Under the pieces are notes generated by a model that saw only the letters and a list, made by a program, of their open reading frames with translations, was not told the DNA's origin and made no database searches. A program made the position numbers and the translations under genes. A stretch of 33,519 bases of DNA, from the UHGV virus genome UHGV-0197718; one strand, 5' to 3'. The stretch comes from a virus. Below, piece by piece: positions 1 to 8,096 of the stretch. The number at the start of each line of letters is the position of its first letter. Positions within the stretch are counted from its first letter, which is position 1.

Positions 1-12
1 ATTCCCAAATTT

Positions 13-420
13 ATGCGGTATCACTATTTTTCCGGAAATGTTGTGAAGGGACCTATTGCTCTTACCGAGTTAAGAAGGTTAGTCGAGAGAAACATAATTT
101 CTCCCGACACGTTAATTTGCGCAGAAGGTACAAAAAAATGGGTCAAGGCTTCGGAATTGTTATTTTCTTCTTCATTATTGAGGGAAAATAGTGGGATCAT
201 GCATTCCCCTAATAAGGTTCCAACTTGCAAAGAAAGTCATTCTGCTCTTGCCACAGTCCTCGTATTCTTAGCAACATTGTCAGTTGGTGGTGGAGCAATT
301 ATGGGAATAGCAAGTTTTATATCAGGCTTATCTATGGCTGGAATAGGCTATATCGTCGGGGGGGTAATTGGTGGAATTATGTGGTATACGTTTTATGTCC
401 TATTAAGCAAAAATAAATAA
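13..420 (+). CDS. membrane protein: N-terminal GYF-like (DUF4339-type) domain plus C-terminal glycine-zipper transmembrane segment
   Basis: N-terminus YHYFSGNVVKGPIALTELRRLV...KKWVKASEL resembles GYF-like/DUF4339 domains; C-terminus GGGAIMGIASFISGLSMAGIGYIVGGVIGGIMW is a glycine zipper; the ORF is markedly AT-rich compared with the backbone. Confidence 0.5.
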   Translation: MRYHYFSGNVVKGPIALTELRRLVERNIISPDTLICAEGTKKWVKASELLFSSSLLRENSGIMHSPNKVPTCKESHSALATVLVFLATLSVGGGAIMGIASFISGLSMAGIGYIVGGVIGGIMWYTFYVLLSKNK

Positions 421-525
421 CTAGGACAGGTAAACGCATTGCCGAACCAGGCAAGATACGGTAACATCAAGCCATAACATAACCATTTTACAAGCAGCAG
501 GAATCACGACATCACCATCACTGAC

Positions 526-2682
526 TTGCTGGCGCTCAAGCCGTCGAGCCTGACCCACGACCAGCAAAGCTTTTCCGCCTCCGCCATCACCGCGGTTTAT
601 CCCGTCCGCACGCTGGGAGAGGTCTTGCCCTTCCAACAGTTCGACACTGTCACCATTTCCCAAAACGGGAACACCATTCTATCCGGCCTCGTTTCCAGCA
701 TCGAAAAGACCTACAGCGGCTCTTCCCGTGCGTGGAAAATTGTCTTTTCCGATCCCTGGTATTGGCTGGACAACTGCTTTGCGCTGGATTACGAATGGAA
801 GCCGGTCTTTTCCATGTGGAATAAAGTCAGCGGCGGGGGCGGCATCATCCCCAAGATAAGCATTTCCGCCGCGCTCTCCCGGGTGCTGAACCTTGCCAAG
901 CACCACCCGGCGGACTACGAGCTGCGCATCAGCGATGACAAGATGCTGATTCCGTGGAACGCCTCCTGCGATACGCTGGGCAGCCTCCTTCAATCCATCC
1001 GCCGCTGGTCGCCCCGGATGGTCTCGTACTACGACTACAGCGGAGCGCGCCCCAAGCTCATCATCACGGACTATGACGCCCTGACGCCCATTGCGCTTCC
1101 CTTGCAGCCGACGGCGACGGTCAAGTCTATGGACGTCTCCCTGGTCCCCCGCGGCGACCTCGTGCCTCCCTGCGTGGCGATCGTCGCGGAAACGACCGGC
1201 AGCAACGGCTACCGCGTCTCCTACCTGTCCAAATACCCGGAAGACGGGGATCCGACCTTGCCGCACTCCATTGTTTACCGGACGTCAGTAGACTTCTACT
1301 ATTCTAAATACAGTTCTACGGGAGAGCCGGTAGAAGATCCGCAGCCGGTGCAGGGCACTAGGGCCGGCAGCCTGTCCTACCAGCGCATGAAAGTAAGGGG
1401 GCGGAAAATTGATAAGGACAACATGATTGAAAAATTCTGGTCCAATCATTTCCCCTGGATGAAAGAGGTAGGAGCCATAGCGGCTTATGATAAAGAACCG
1501 ACCATCACGGGGAAGCCTTGGGAGGGGGACGAGAAGGACAAGCCGAAGGGATATAAAACAGACGCTACCGACTTTGAGTTGACGGAGGGGCAAATTCACA
1601 CCAAATCCTTTCATCCAAAATGGTGTAATACTACGATAAAACAGCGTCTTGCCATCCCAGAAGGAGCGGCTCCGAAGTGGAGGGAGAAATTCAAGAATGT
1701 GGGAACGCTGGAAGGCGTGCCCTGCTTTTGGGAAGAATTCTCGGTGGATCTGGTCACCATGGATCGAAAATCCTCAAGCTACCCCATTGACGGCATCTAC
1801 AACGGGGAACAGCCCTCCAACGGGCCGGAAGAAGGGGAATCGCCCCAACCCTCGGAAGGCGTGCCCTATGGGGACATTGCCAAAACGGTATGGGAATCCA
1901 TGCAGGAATTGCCCTGGGACGGCTCTATTTCCTTTGTCGCGCTTGGCGAAGCGCAGACGCGGCAATACATGGGCCGCCGCGTCTCGCTGCTGGGAGGAAA
2001 CCCCGCTTGGCAGAACATCAACACCATGATTCAGACGGTGAGCCGCGACCTGCAAACCAACGTGATTTCCCTTTCCTACGGCGCGCCAAATCAACTTGGG
2101 GTTGAAGATTTGCTTTCGCTCAATGAAATTAATTCCGTTTCTAACATTTCTTCCACGCTGGAAAACATGCAAGGCGCGCCGGAATCGACGGAATACGGCT
2201 TTGACCCCAAGCCGGAATCCCCCACCATCAGCCAGCACATCACCAAATCAACGGGAGAATCCACGCCCGCGCCGGAATACGGCTTCCAGGTGCGCTTGCA
2301 GAAAGATACGGAGGGAGCCATCACCGGGGCGCAGATGAAGCCCGGCGCGCTCTATCTGAACGGCTCGCTGCTCGGCAAATATCCGCAGGGGGGCGGTTCC
2401 GGTTCCTCGTGGGTAACGATCCCCCAAACCAGCGGGGAAGTATGGCTCAACGTCCACTTTGACAAGAACGCCAAACTGACGGGCGTGGACGTTTCGGGCA
2501 TCCCGGGCCCAGTCTATCCGATTCCTCTTATGGACTACTCTTTAGGAGAGCCTCCTGATCTCAACTACGATTATGCTTTTCAAATAGCCGACATCGAAGA
2601 CGACCAGGTGACGCAGTACGCGCTGGGCATGATCCAGATACCCGTCTTCGGAGGCACCTTCTACCCTTACGGTCCAGCTTAA
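526..2682 (+). CDS. large virion-associated protein, putative tail fiber / host-specificity protein (718 aa, TTG start)
   Basis: Long ORF with backbone-like codon usage, beta-rich Gly/Ser/Thr-rich C-terminal part, no signal peptide; sits next to the int/att region as tail-end genes do in lambdoid phages. No family recognised with confidence. Confidence 0.35.
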   Translation: MLALKPSSLTHDQQSFSASAITAVYPVRTLGEVLPFQQFDTVTISQNGNTILSGLVSSIEKTYSGSSRAWKIVFSDPWYWLDNCFALDYEWKPVFSMWNKVSGGGGIIPKISISAALSRVLNLAKHHPADYELRISDDKMLIPWNASCDTLGSLLQSIRRWSPRMVSYYDYSGARPKLIITDYDALTPIALPLQPTATVKSMDVSLVPRGDLVPPCVAIVAETTGSNGYRVSYLSKYPEDGDPTLPHSIVYRTSVDFYYSKYSSTGEPVEDPQPVQGTRAGSLSYQRMKVRGRKIDKDNMIEKFWSNHFPWMKEVGAIAAYDKEPTITGKPWEGDEKDKPKGYKTDATDFELTEGQIHTKSFHPKWCNTTIKQRLAIPEGAAPKWREKFKNVGTLEGVPCFWEEFSVDLVTMDRKSSSYPIDGIYNGEQPSNGPEEGESPQPSEGVPYGDIAKTVWESMQELPWDGSISFVALGEAQTRQYMGRRVSLLGGNPAWQNINTMIQTVSRDLQTNVISLSYGAPNQLGVEDLLSLNEINSVSNISSTLENMQGAPESTEYGFDPKPESPTISQHITKSTGESTPAPEYGFQVRLQKDTEGAITGAQMKPGALYLNGSLLGKYPQGGGSGSSWVTIPQTSGEVWLNVHFDKNAKLTGVDVSGIPGPVYPIPLMDYSLGEPPDLNYDYAFQIADIEDDQVTQYALGMIQIPVFGGTFYPYGPA

Positions 2683-2690
2683 CAAACACC

Positions 2691-3446
2691 ATGATCAGAA
2701 TCTATCTATTCACCTATGCCGGAGACGCGGAGGAAGCCCTCGTTTGTGTCCGATGCGCCGCGGCGGCCCTCCCTGAAGCCGTCATTACGGTTGTGGACGA
2801 CAGCGCCGCTCCGCTTCCTGAACGCGTCAGATCCGTCCTTATGTTAACCGGGGCAAGGTATTGTCAAACCGGCTGGACAAGGAACGGCAACCTGCGCGGC
2901 CCGGAATGCGTCCGGGGCATCATTTCCACGCTGGCCGGGGAAGCGGAAGAAAATGACGTCATCGTCAAAATCGACTCGGACACGCTCCTGTTGTCGGGCG
3001 GATGGGTGCGTGACATGCAGCGCAACGGGCTGGCTCTGCACGCCTCCGGCTACCAGGTCCCCAGCCACCCGTCCGAACGCTCCGCCTATGGGCCGTGTTA
3101 CGCGATCAGCGGACGGGCGGCCAGACTGGCGGCGGAGGAACTGATGAAGGCTGACATCCCCGCGCTCGCTCCCGAAGACCTGACGATCTGCCGGACCATC
3201 CAGGGCCTCTTTCCCCCGGAGCGGATCAGGCTTGACGAACCCTGGACGCCCTTCAACAAGGAAGGGAAGTGGACGGCCTGGAACTGGTTCAGCATCGCCG
3301 TGACTCCGCAGAAATACGCGGATTTCTGGATGGTCACCTTCGGCAACCCGCGCCCTACGAACATTCCCAAATCCGAACGCGCCCGCGCCATGGACGCCTT
3401 GTACCGTTACCGGTTCCACAAGGAAGAAGACGGATCATCTTGTTGA
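2691..3446 (+). CDS. GT-A fold (family 2-like) glycosyltransferase
   Basis: N-terminal Rossmann-like IYLFTYAGD...VITVVDDSAAPLP followed by a KIDSDT acidic motif, consistent with a GT2 DxD-type glycosyltransferase; soluble (no TM segments). Confidence 0.4.
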   Translation: MIRIYLFTYAGDAEEALVCVRCAAAALPEAVITVVDDSAAPLPERVRSVLMLTGARYCQTGWTRNGNLRGPECVRGIISTLAGEAEENDVIVKIDSDTLLLSGGWVRDMQRNGLALHASGYQVPSHPSERSAYGPCYAISGRAARLAAEELMKADIPALAPEDLTICRTIQGLFPPERIRLDEPWTPFNKEGKWTAWNWFSIAVTPQKYADFWMVTFGNPRPTNIPKSERARAMDALYRYRFHKEEDGSSC

Positions 3447-3462
3447 TGTCAACAAAATGATC
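3433..3462. promoter_or_regulatory. 30-bp near-perfect palindrome between convergent GT and int genes: attP core candidate and/or bidirectional terminator hairpin
   Basis: gatcatcttgttga-tg-tcaacaaaatgatc; the arms match at 13 of 14 positions; it spans the GT stop codon and lies 18 bp from the int stop. Confidence 0.4.
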
Positions 3463-3479
3463 GTCTTAGGGAAGGAAGG

Positions 3480-4667
3480 CTAACGGGCCAAGCCGACGGC
3501 AATCTTGCTCATCGCATCCTGAACGTCCGCCGAATCCGGGCGGAAATACACCCGTTCAATCTCTTCGGAGTCGTGGCCGACAATGAAGCGGCACAAATCC
3601 GGGGACACCCCTGCCAGGCGCAGGACGGTCACGGCGGTCGCCCGTAAGCTGTGGAAGCTCTTTTCCGAAAGACGGTGCCGGTCGCCTCTCACTTCCCCGG
3701 GCATCTCCCGGATGATTCCGTACGTTTTCAACAATGTCGTGAACTCCGTGGAAAGCTTGTCGGAACGTCCGCCGGCATGGGCATGGCGAAGCGCGGCCAG
3801 GGGAAACACGTAATCGTTCACCCGGTTGAGCAGACGCCTTTCCAAGACATCTTTCAAGGGCTGGATGATCGGCTTGTTCATGCGGCGCCGGCTTTTCTGC
3901 GTAGTCATGAACAGGAAGGAGTTCTTCAGGTCAATCTGCTCCCATTTCAGCGTCGCCAGGTCTCCGAGGCGCTGTCCTCCGGTGTAGAGGCACACCCGCA
4001 CCAGATCCGGCCATTCATCCGGGAACCGTTCAATGATGGTGTTGACTTCTTCCATCGTGAAGGCGCCGCGCAGCTGCTTTTCCGCCTGGTGGTCCGCCCG
4101 GGAAGGCATGACGCCCCGGAACGGATTTCGGGAAAGAATCTCCCGGTCTACAGCGACATTGAACGCGGTGGACAGCGTGGACACATAGCGGATGACGGTT
4201 CCGGCGGAAACGCGCTCCAATTCCGTTTCTACAAAATCCTTCGCCATCCCTTTATTCAGGGCGGCAAGCGGCATATTCCGCCGGTCCCCAAGGAACGCCA
4301 GAAGCCGGCGGACGGCCATGCCGTCCCGCTCATAGGCCCGCTTCTTGTTTTTCCTCCCGTCCAGCCAGTCAAAGAGGAACCGCGTCACCGTCATGCCGTT
4401 CATGGTGGCTTTCAGCACGCCGGCCTGGTCCCCGGCAATGGCCTTCACCTTGTCCAAGTCGAAAACCCCGTACCGGGCTTCTTTCTCCATCTCCTGGGCT
4501 ACCAGCCGCGCCCGGGCTTCATTCTGGGACATGACCGATTTTTTATTGGCTCCCGGAAGAATCGCCTTGGGAACCACGTCGATGCCGGTGGTTTTCCGAA
4601 GCTCTTTGCCGTCCAGGGAGCGGAAGACGGCCACCCATTTGTTGTTGCGTTTGATGATGCCTGCCAT
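3480..4667 (-). CDS. int: tyrosine recombinase / phage integrase
   Basis: C-terminal catalytic motifs FHSLRATAVT (H-x-x-R) and VGHDSEEIERVYFR (H plus catalytic Y); N-terminal arm-binding-like domain; 395 aa. Confidence 0.9.
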   Translation of the reverse strand: MAGIIKRNNKWVAVFRSLDGKELRKTTGIDVVPKAILPGANKKSVMSQNEARARLVAQEMEKEARYGVFDLDKVKAIAGDQAGVLKATMNGMTVTRFLFDWLDGRKNKKRAYERDGMAVRRLLAFLGDRRNMPLAALNKGMAKDFVETELERVSAGTVIRYVSTLSTAFNVAVDREILSRNPFRGVMPSRADHQAEKQLRGAFTMEEVNTIIERFPDEWPDLVRVCLYTGGQRLGDLATLKWEQIDLKNSFLFMTTQKSRRRMNKPIIQPLKDVLERRLLNRVNDYVFPLAALRHAHAGGRSDKLSTEFTTLLKTYGIIREMPGEVRGDRHRLSEKSFHSLRATAVTVLRLAGVSPDLCRFIVGHDSEEIERVYFRPDSADVQDAMSKIAVGLAR

Positions 4668-4672
4668 AGTGC

Positions 4673-4862
4673 TGTACAGTCCTTAGACAATGTACAGTCG
4701 CATGTACAGGGCGCTTTTTTCTGTCAGGGGCTTTCAGGTGCGCTCAAAACTGCGCAAAATGTAGGAAAATCAAGGGTCATTCCGTCACGTGCTGACGAGA
4801 ATTGGCATCGCGTACGGGATTTAGTGTCTTGTCCATAAACTTTTAGCGGGCCACATGTACAG
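4673..4862. repeat. four copies of a TGTACAG heptamer (three as ATGTACAG) upstream of int
   Basis: Copies at 4673-4679, 4691-4697, 4703-4709 and 4856-4862; each contains the palindromic hexamer TGTACA; candidate arm-type or operator sites. Confidence 0.5.
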
Positions 4863-4924
4863 CATACCGTATAGCACTGTCAGAAAGCCGCATCCACGGA
4901 TGCAGGAGTATGTAAAGGGAGACA

Positions 4925-5121
4925 TGTCATGACACAGAAAAAATGAACCCTCGCACATAAAAACCGCCCGCGTCTCCCGACGCAGGCGGAAAAAGAATGA
5001 ATAGAAAGGATCCTTATTCAGGAAAGCACTTTTATATCATATTTTCAGCAGTCGTCAATCTTGGAACCTCGAATGAGGGAATGTCATGACTTGTCATCCT
5101 CTGAACGCGAAAGTCATGACA
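4925..5121. promoter_or_regulatory. three 10-bp palindromic operator-like sites, consensus TGTCATGACA
   Basis: 4925-4934 TGTCATGACA (perfect), 5082-5091 TGTCATGACT, 5112-5121 AGTCATGACA; the latter two are 30 bp apart centre to centre; all lie in the 583-bp non-coding region between int and the small ORF at 5251. Confidence 0.5.
4964..4989 (-). terminator. GC-rich hairpin followed by a T-tract on the minus strand (rho-independent terminator candidate)
   Basis: ccgcccgcgtc-tccc-gacgcaggcgg is an 11-bp stem with one mismatch; A-run on plus strand upstream (4957-4963) gives a T-tract trailing the hairpin on the minus strand, consistent with a terminator for leftward transcription. Confidence 0.4.
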
Positions 5122-5250
5122 AATCGTCTTAACGGAGCCACAAGGCATCAAATCTCATGAAAAAACAGGAAATATTACCCCCCCCGCATTATAATGCGCT
5201 AAATATTAGTGTATTAGGAGATAAATTTTCAGCAAGAAAGGGTTACGTCA

Positions 5251-5397
5251 ATGTCGGGTAACGTGATGCTTGTGTTTTTCTTGCTGGCTGTGCTGTTCGG
5301 GTTCGTTTGTTTCGGCCTTGGTATTGTAGAGGGTTGCCGGAGAACCACGAAGAGGATCTTGGAGAATATAGCAAAAGGAATGAAGAAGGGGGAATAG
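5251..5397 (+). CDS. 48-aa hydrophobic peptide (single TM helix plus basic tail)
   Basis: ATG 5251 preceded by aagaaaggg; MSGNVMLVFFLLAVLFGFVCFGLGIVEGCRRTTKRILENIAKGMKKGE; too short for the ORF track; ends within a strong hairpin. Confidence 0.3.
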   Translation: MSGNVMLVFFLLAVLFGFVCFGLGIVEGCRRTTKRILENIAKGMKKGE

Positions 5398-5425
5398 ATT
5401 ATTCCCCCGTTTCCTTTTGGAAACG
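5388..5425. terminator. two adjacent hairpins between the convergent small ORF and repressor gene
   Basis: gggggaata-gat-tattccccc (9-bp stem) followed directly by cgtttcc-tttt-ggaaacg (7-bp stem). Confidence 0.4.
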
Positions 5426-5515
5426 AGGACTTGCTCTGAGTGCTACTACCTCAATTAAATCCAAGTTATGAAGACAATACTCCTATACCTCCACACAGCC
5501 CACTATGAGAGCACC

Positions 5516-5923
5516 TTAGTCCGTGTTTCGTGTTTTGCGTGGAGAACGGGAGCTCTGTACTCCTGCTTTATGAGCTTCCTGAACGGCCCATTTTGCAATT
5601 CCGTCTGCCGTAGGTTCAAATCCGTTTTGCGCAGCCCAAGCAGCAAATTGTCCGTAGGTGTCAGCATCCAGTTTCAGAACAAGGTCCAAGGCGCCTTTGC
5701 ATTCACCCGTAACATCGGGAGAGGAAGGCTCCATCAGTTTTTTTATCAGCTCCGCCTTGGCAGGAGGAATTACCCCGGCTTTCTTCATCCAGTCGTCCAC
5801 CGTACCCTTTTCAACAAAGAGCTGCTTTGCTAGCCAGAATCGATCTCTACCATTGTCTTTGAGCCAGCATTTTACAGATTCCTTGAAATCTTCCATGGCC
5901 TCAAGATAGAGATTTTTCACCAT
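5516..5923 (-). CDS. HTH DNA-binding protein, putative phage repressor (no S24 peptidase domain)
   Basis: HTH-like segment RFWLAKQLFVEKGTVDDWMKKAG; same strand as int, divergent from the early operon, the classic repressor position. Confidence 0.5.
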   Translation of the reverse strand: MVKNLYLEAMEDFKESVKCWLKDNGRDRFWLAKQLFVEKGTVDDWMKKAGVIPPAKAELIKKLMEPSSPDVTGECKGALDLVLKLDADTYGQFAAWAAQNGFEPTADGIAKWAVQEAHKAGVQSSRSPRKTRNTD

Positions 5924-6038
5924 TCTGCAAGATTAAAAATCAAGACATAGCGAAAATGCATCATTTTTTTTGGTTGACGAATAGTGAAAATCCGCTAAAT
6001 ATATACATGTCAACCAGCGAAAAACCCCCATTATAACC
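5924..6038. promoter_or_regulatory. divergent early promoter/operator region
   Basis: Plus-strand ttgacg-N16-taaata sigma70-like element; inverted repeat GGTTGAC...GTCAACC flanking about 28 bp; lies between the repressor start and the first rightward ORF. Confidence 0.4.
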
Positions 6039-6215
6039 ATGATCGAAATCAAAATCCCCATCGAAAAAATTGCCGCAGACAAAGCGGCAAGTAAAGCACT
6101 CATCCAAGAGTGCGTTGAATCCGGAAAGGCTCCGGAAGAAGCCTTCCTTGCCATTCTCAAGAGGCGCGGGCTTCCCCCAACCCAGAAAAAGAACCCCGAA
6201 ACCGCCAACCGATAA
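6039..6215 (+). CDS. small early protein (58 aa) at the Cro-equivalent position
   Basis: ATG 6039, stop 6213-6215, first ORF of the rightward operon; MIEIKIPIEKIAADKAASKALIQECVESGKAPEEAFLAILKRRGLPPTQKKNPETANR; no clear HTH. Confidence 0.3.
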   Translation: MIEIKIPIEKIAADKAASKALIQECVESGKAPEEAFLAILKRRGLPPTQKKNPETANR

Positions 6216-6220
6216 ACAAC

Positions 6221-7015
6221 ATGAACAACAACATAGTACCATTCAACAATGCCGCGCTTGGCTGTTCTGTCCGGACAGTCATCATCAACAACGATCCTTG
6301 GTTTGTCGCCAAGGATGTCTGTGAGGCCTTGGAAATCAACAACACCAGCGATACTCTCAAAAAGGTATTGGATGACGACGAAAGGGGTATAGATACTATC
6401 TACACCCCTGGAGGTCCTCAGCAAGTATCAATCATCAACGAATCCGGGCTTTACTCTCTGATTCTCCGCTCCCGAAAGCCGGAGGCAAAGAAGTTCAAGA
6501 AGTGGGTAACTGAAGAAGTCCTCCCGACGATACGCAAACACGGCATCTACGCCACAGGCGAGAAACTTCTTGAACTGATTTCCAAGCCGGAGAACGCACT
6601 TAAAGTCTTCCAAGCTCTCAAAGATGAACAGGACAAGAGGAAGTCTCTTGAAGCGAAGATAGAAGAGGACGCGCCCTACACGGAATTCGGAAAGAGCGTG
6701 GAAGTTTCCGAAGGCTGCATGCTGATAGGAGAATTTGCCAAGGTCCTTGCGCAGAACGGAAGGGAAATCGGACAGAACCGTCTTTTTGAGCTGCTTCGAA
6801 ATGAAGGCATCCTCGGGAAGGTTGGCAATCGCCGCAACGTCCCGTCACAGGAACATGTGGAAGCCGGTCGTTTCCGTCTCAATTACCGGATTATCCAACA
6901 TGCGAGCGGAAGAGTGGAAAGTAAAGCAACTCCGTATCTGACGCCGAAGGGTCAAGTTTGGCTGTTGAAGCGGATGACTGGGAAGAAAACCGAACAGAAG
7001 GAGGCGAAGAAGTGA
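6221..7015 (+). CDS. phage antirepressor (Bro-N N-terminal domain plus KilA-C/ANT C-terminal domain)
   Basis: N-terminus IVPFNN...VRTVIINNDPWFVAKDVCEALEI...SGLYSLILRSRKPEAKKFKKWVTEEVLPTIRKHG is a textbook Bro-N; the C-terminal half matches the antirepressor (ANT/KilA-C) pattern. Confidence 0.85.
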   Translation: MNNNIVPFNNAALGCSVRTVIINNDPWFVAKDVCEALEINNTSDTLKKVLDDDERGIDTIYTPGGPQQVSIINESGLYSLILRSRKPEAKKFKKWVTEEVLPTIRKHGIYATGEKLLELISKPENALKVFQALKDEQDKRKSLEAKIEEDAPYTEFGKSVEVSEGCMLIGEFAKVLAQNGREIGQNRLFELLRNEGILGKVGNRRNVPSQEHVEAGRFRLNYRIIQHASGRVESKATPYLTPKGQVWLLKRMTGKKTEQKEAKK

Positions 7016-7344
7016 AAGCTCTGTTCGCCCTCGTCTTGTCCGGGCTTGTTCTTCCAGGTTGCGATCAGGGTCCCGAGCATCAACCTGTTAAACAAGCCGA
7101 TAATCAGAAAAAAGCCCCTAAAAAAGAGACACCAACATGGGAAATTAAAATTGAACAGAACGGCATTCCCGATGCTGTTTTTACAACGGGATATGCAAAC
7201 TGTGTTGAGGCGTTCAAGATGGGAGCGAGGGCAGATATTCCAATATATGGGTATGTGATTTATAAGCCGGATGGAGGACAAATCATCGTGTCAGGAACGA
7301 CGAGAATCACCAGGACGAAGGTTAAAAATAATAACGAGTTATGA
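7012..7344 (+). CDS. small lipoprotein (signal peptide with LPGC lipobox); candidate superinfection-exclusion or surface-modifying moron
   Basis: GTG 7012 overlaps the antirepressor stop (GTGA), preceded by gaaggagg; VKALFALVLSGLVLPGC lipobox; gene body is AT-richer. Confidence 0.5.
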   Translation: MKALFALVLSGLVLPGCDQGPEHQPVKQADNQKKAPKKETPTWEIKIEQNGIPDAVFTTGYANCVEAFKMGARADIPIYGYVIYKPDGGQIIVSGTTRITRTKVKNNNEL

Positions 7345-7446
7345 ATGGTGACGTGCTTCTAATTCTTCTGGGCGGCATTATCGTTTTTTTGATGCTTATC
7401 ATATCAAATTTAGATGGACGTTAAACAATAAACCAATATAAAGAAA

Positions 7447-7785
7447 ATGGATTTACCTCACGAATTAAAAGAAATTCCTTATAGGAATCGGCATCATTTT
7501 GCGTTGGTTAACAATGTTGACGGGATATTTCCAGGCCAAATTGTCAGACACAAAAGAACTAAAAAACTATTAGGATCGGTCGGAAAAATAAAAGGGGATC
7601 AGATATCGATAGGTCATGTTTGTCCTGATTGGCATAACGCTTGGTACAGTACAGATGATCTTGAACCAGCTTTTCCGGGAGAATGCTGCGGTCTGTGGAC
7701 ATGGCACCAAGACGAACCTAAGTTAAATAAAGGAGATATTTCTTTCCATAGCTGGATGGTAAATCAAATTGTAGGGGAAAACTAA
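7447..7785 (+). CDS. hypothetical protein (AT-rich cargo)
   Basis: ORF of 112 aa in the lower-GC block 7050-8100; no recognisable motif. Confidence 0.45.
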   Translation: MDLPHELKEIPYRNRHHFALVNNVDGIFPGQIVRHKRTKKLLGSVGKIKGDQISIGHVCPDWHNAWYSTDDLEPAFPGECCGLWTWHQDEPKLNKGDISFHSWMVNQIVGEN

Positions 7786-7787
7786 TT

Positions 7788-8096
7788 ATGACTAAAGAAC
7801 AATCAACAGAAATTGAAGTTATCATGGATAAGAATAAAAGCATAGTCGACCTGCTCATTGAGCTGGATAAAGTTCTTAAAGTCGAAACTCGCAAGGATGC
7901 CTCTCCGTATTACTTGTCTTCCGACTCCGAAGATAAGATTTTTCGAGCGAAATACGCAGGGGCAATTTACATAGCCCGGCGTCTGCTTGGGTTGAGCCTT
8001 GAATGTAAACCCGGCGCATTATTTCCCTCCGAGCCGGTAGACGAGTTTTCCGACCTGGTGATTAAATCTCAACCCTCCGAAAACAATGACCATTGA
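7788..8096 (+). CDS. hypothetical protein (AT-rich cargo)
   Basis: ORF of 102 aa, 2 bp after the previous stop. Confidence 0.45.
   Translation: MTKEQSTEIEVIMDKNKSIVDLLIELDKVLKVETRKDASPYYLSSDSEDKIFRAKYAGAIYIARRLLGLSLECKPGALFPSEPVDEFSDLVIKSQPSENNDH

Noticed and set aside
679-1266. Long antisense ORFs in GC-rich coding regions (e.g. 679..1266-, 10606..11328-, 17165..17887-, 19812..20564-, 24241..25035-, 2844..3419-)
   Set aside because: They lie wholly inside, and antisense to, well-supported genes; their Arg/Gly/Pro-rich translations are typical of high-GC frame artefacts; no motifs or start context.
3651-4838. 395-aa plus-strand ORF antisense to the integrase
   Set aside because: It is the mirror-frame artefact of the integrase ORF; the integrase catalytic motifs are on the minus strand.
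5933-6424. Minus-strand 163-aa ORF spanning the divergent promoter and the antirepressor 5' end
   Set aside because: Overlaps the Bro-N domain coding sequence on the opposite strand and crosses the promoter region; no support.
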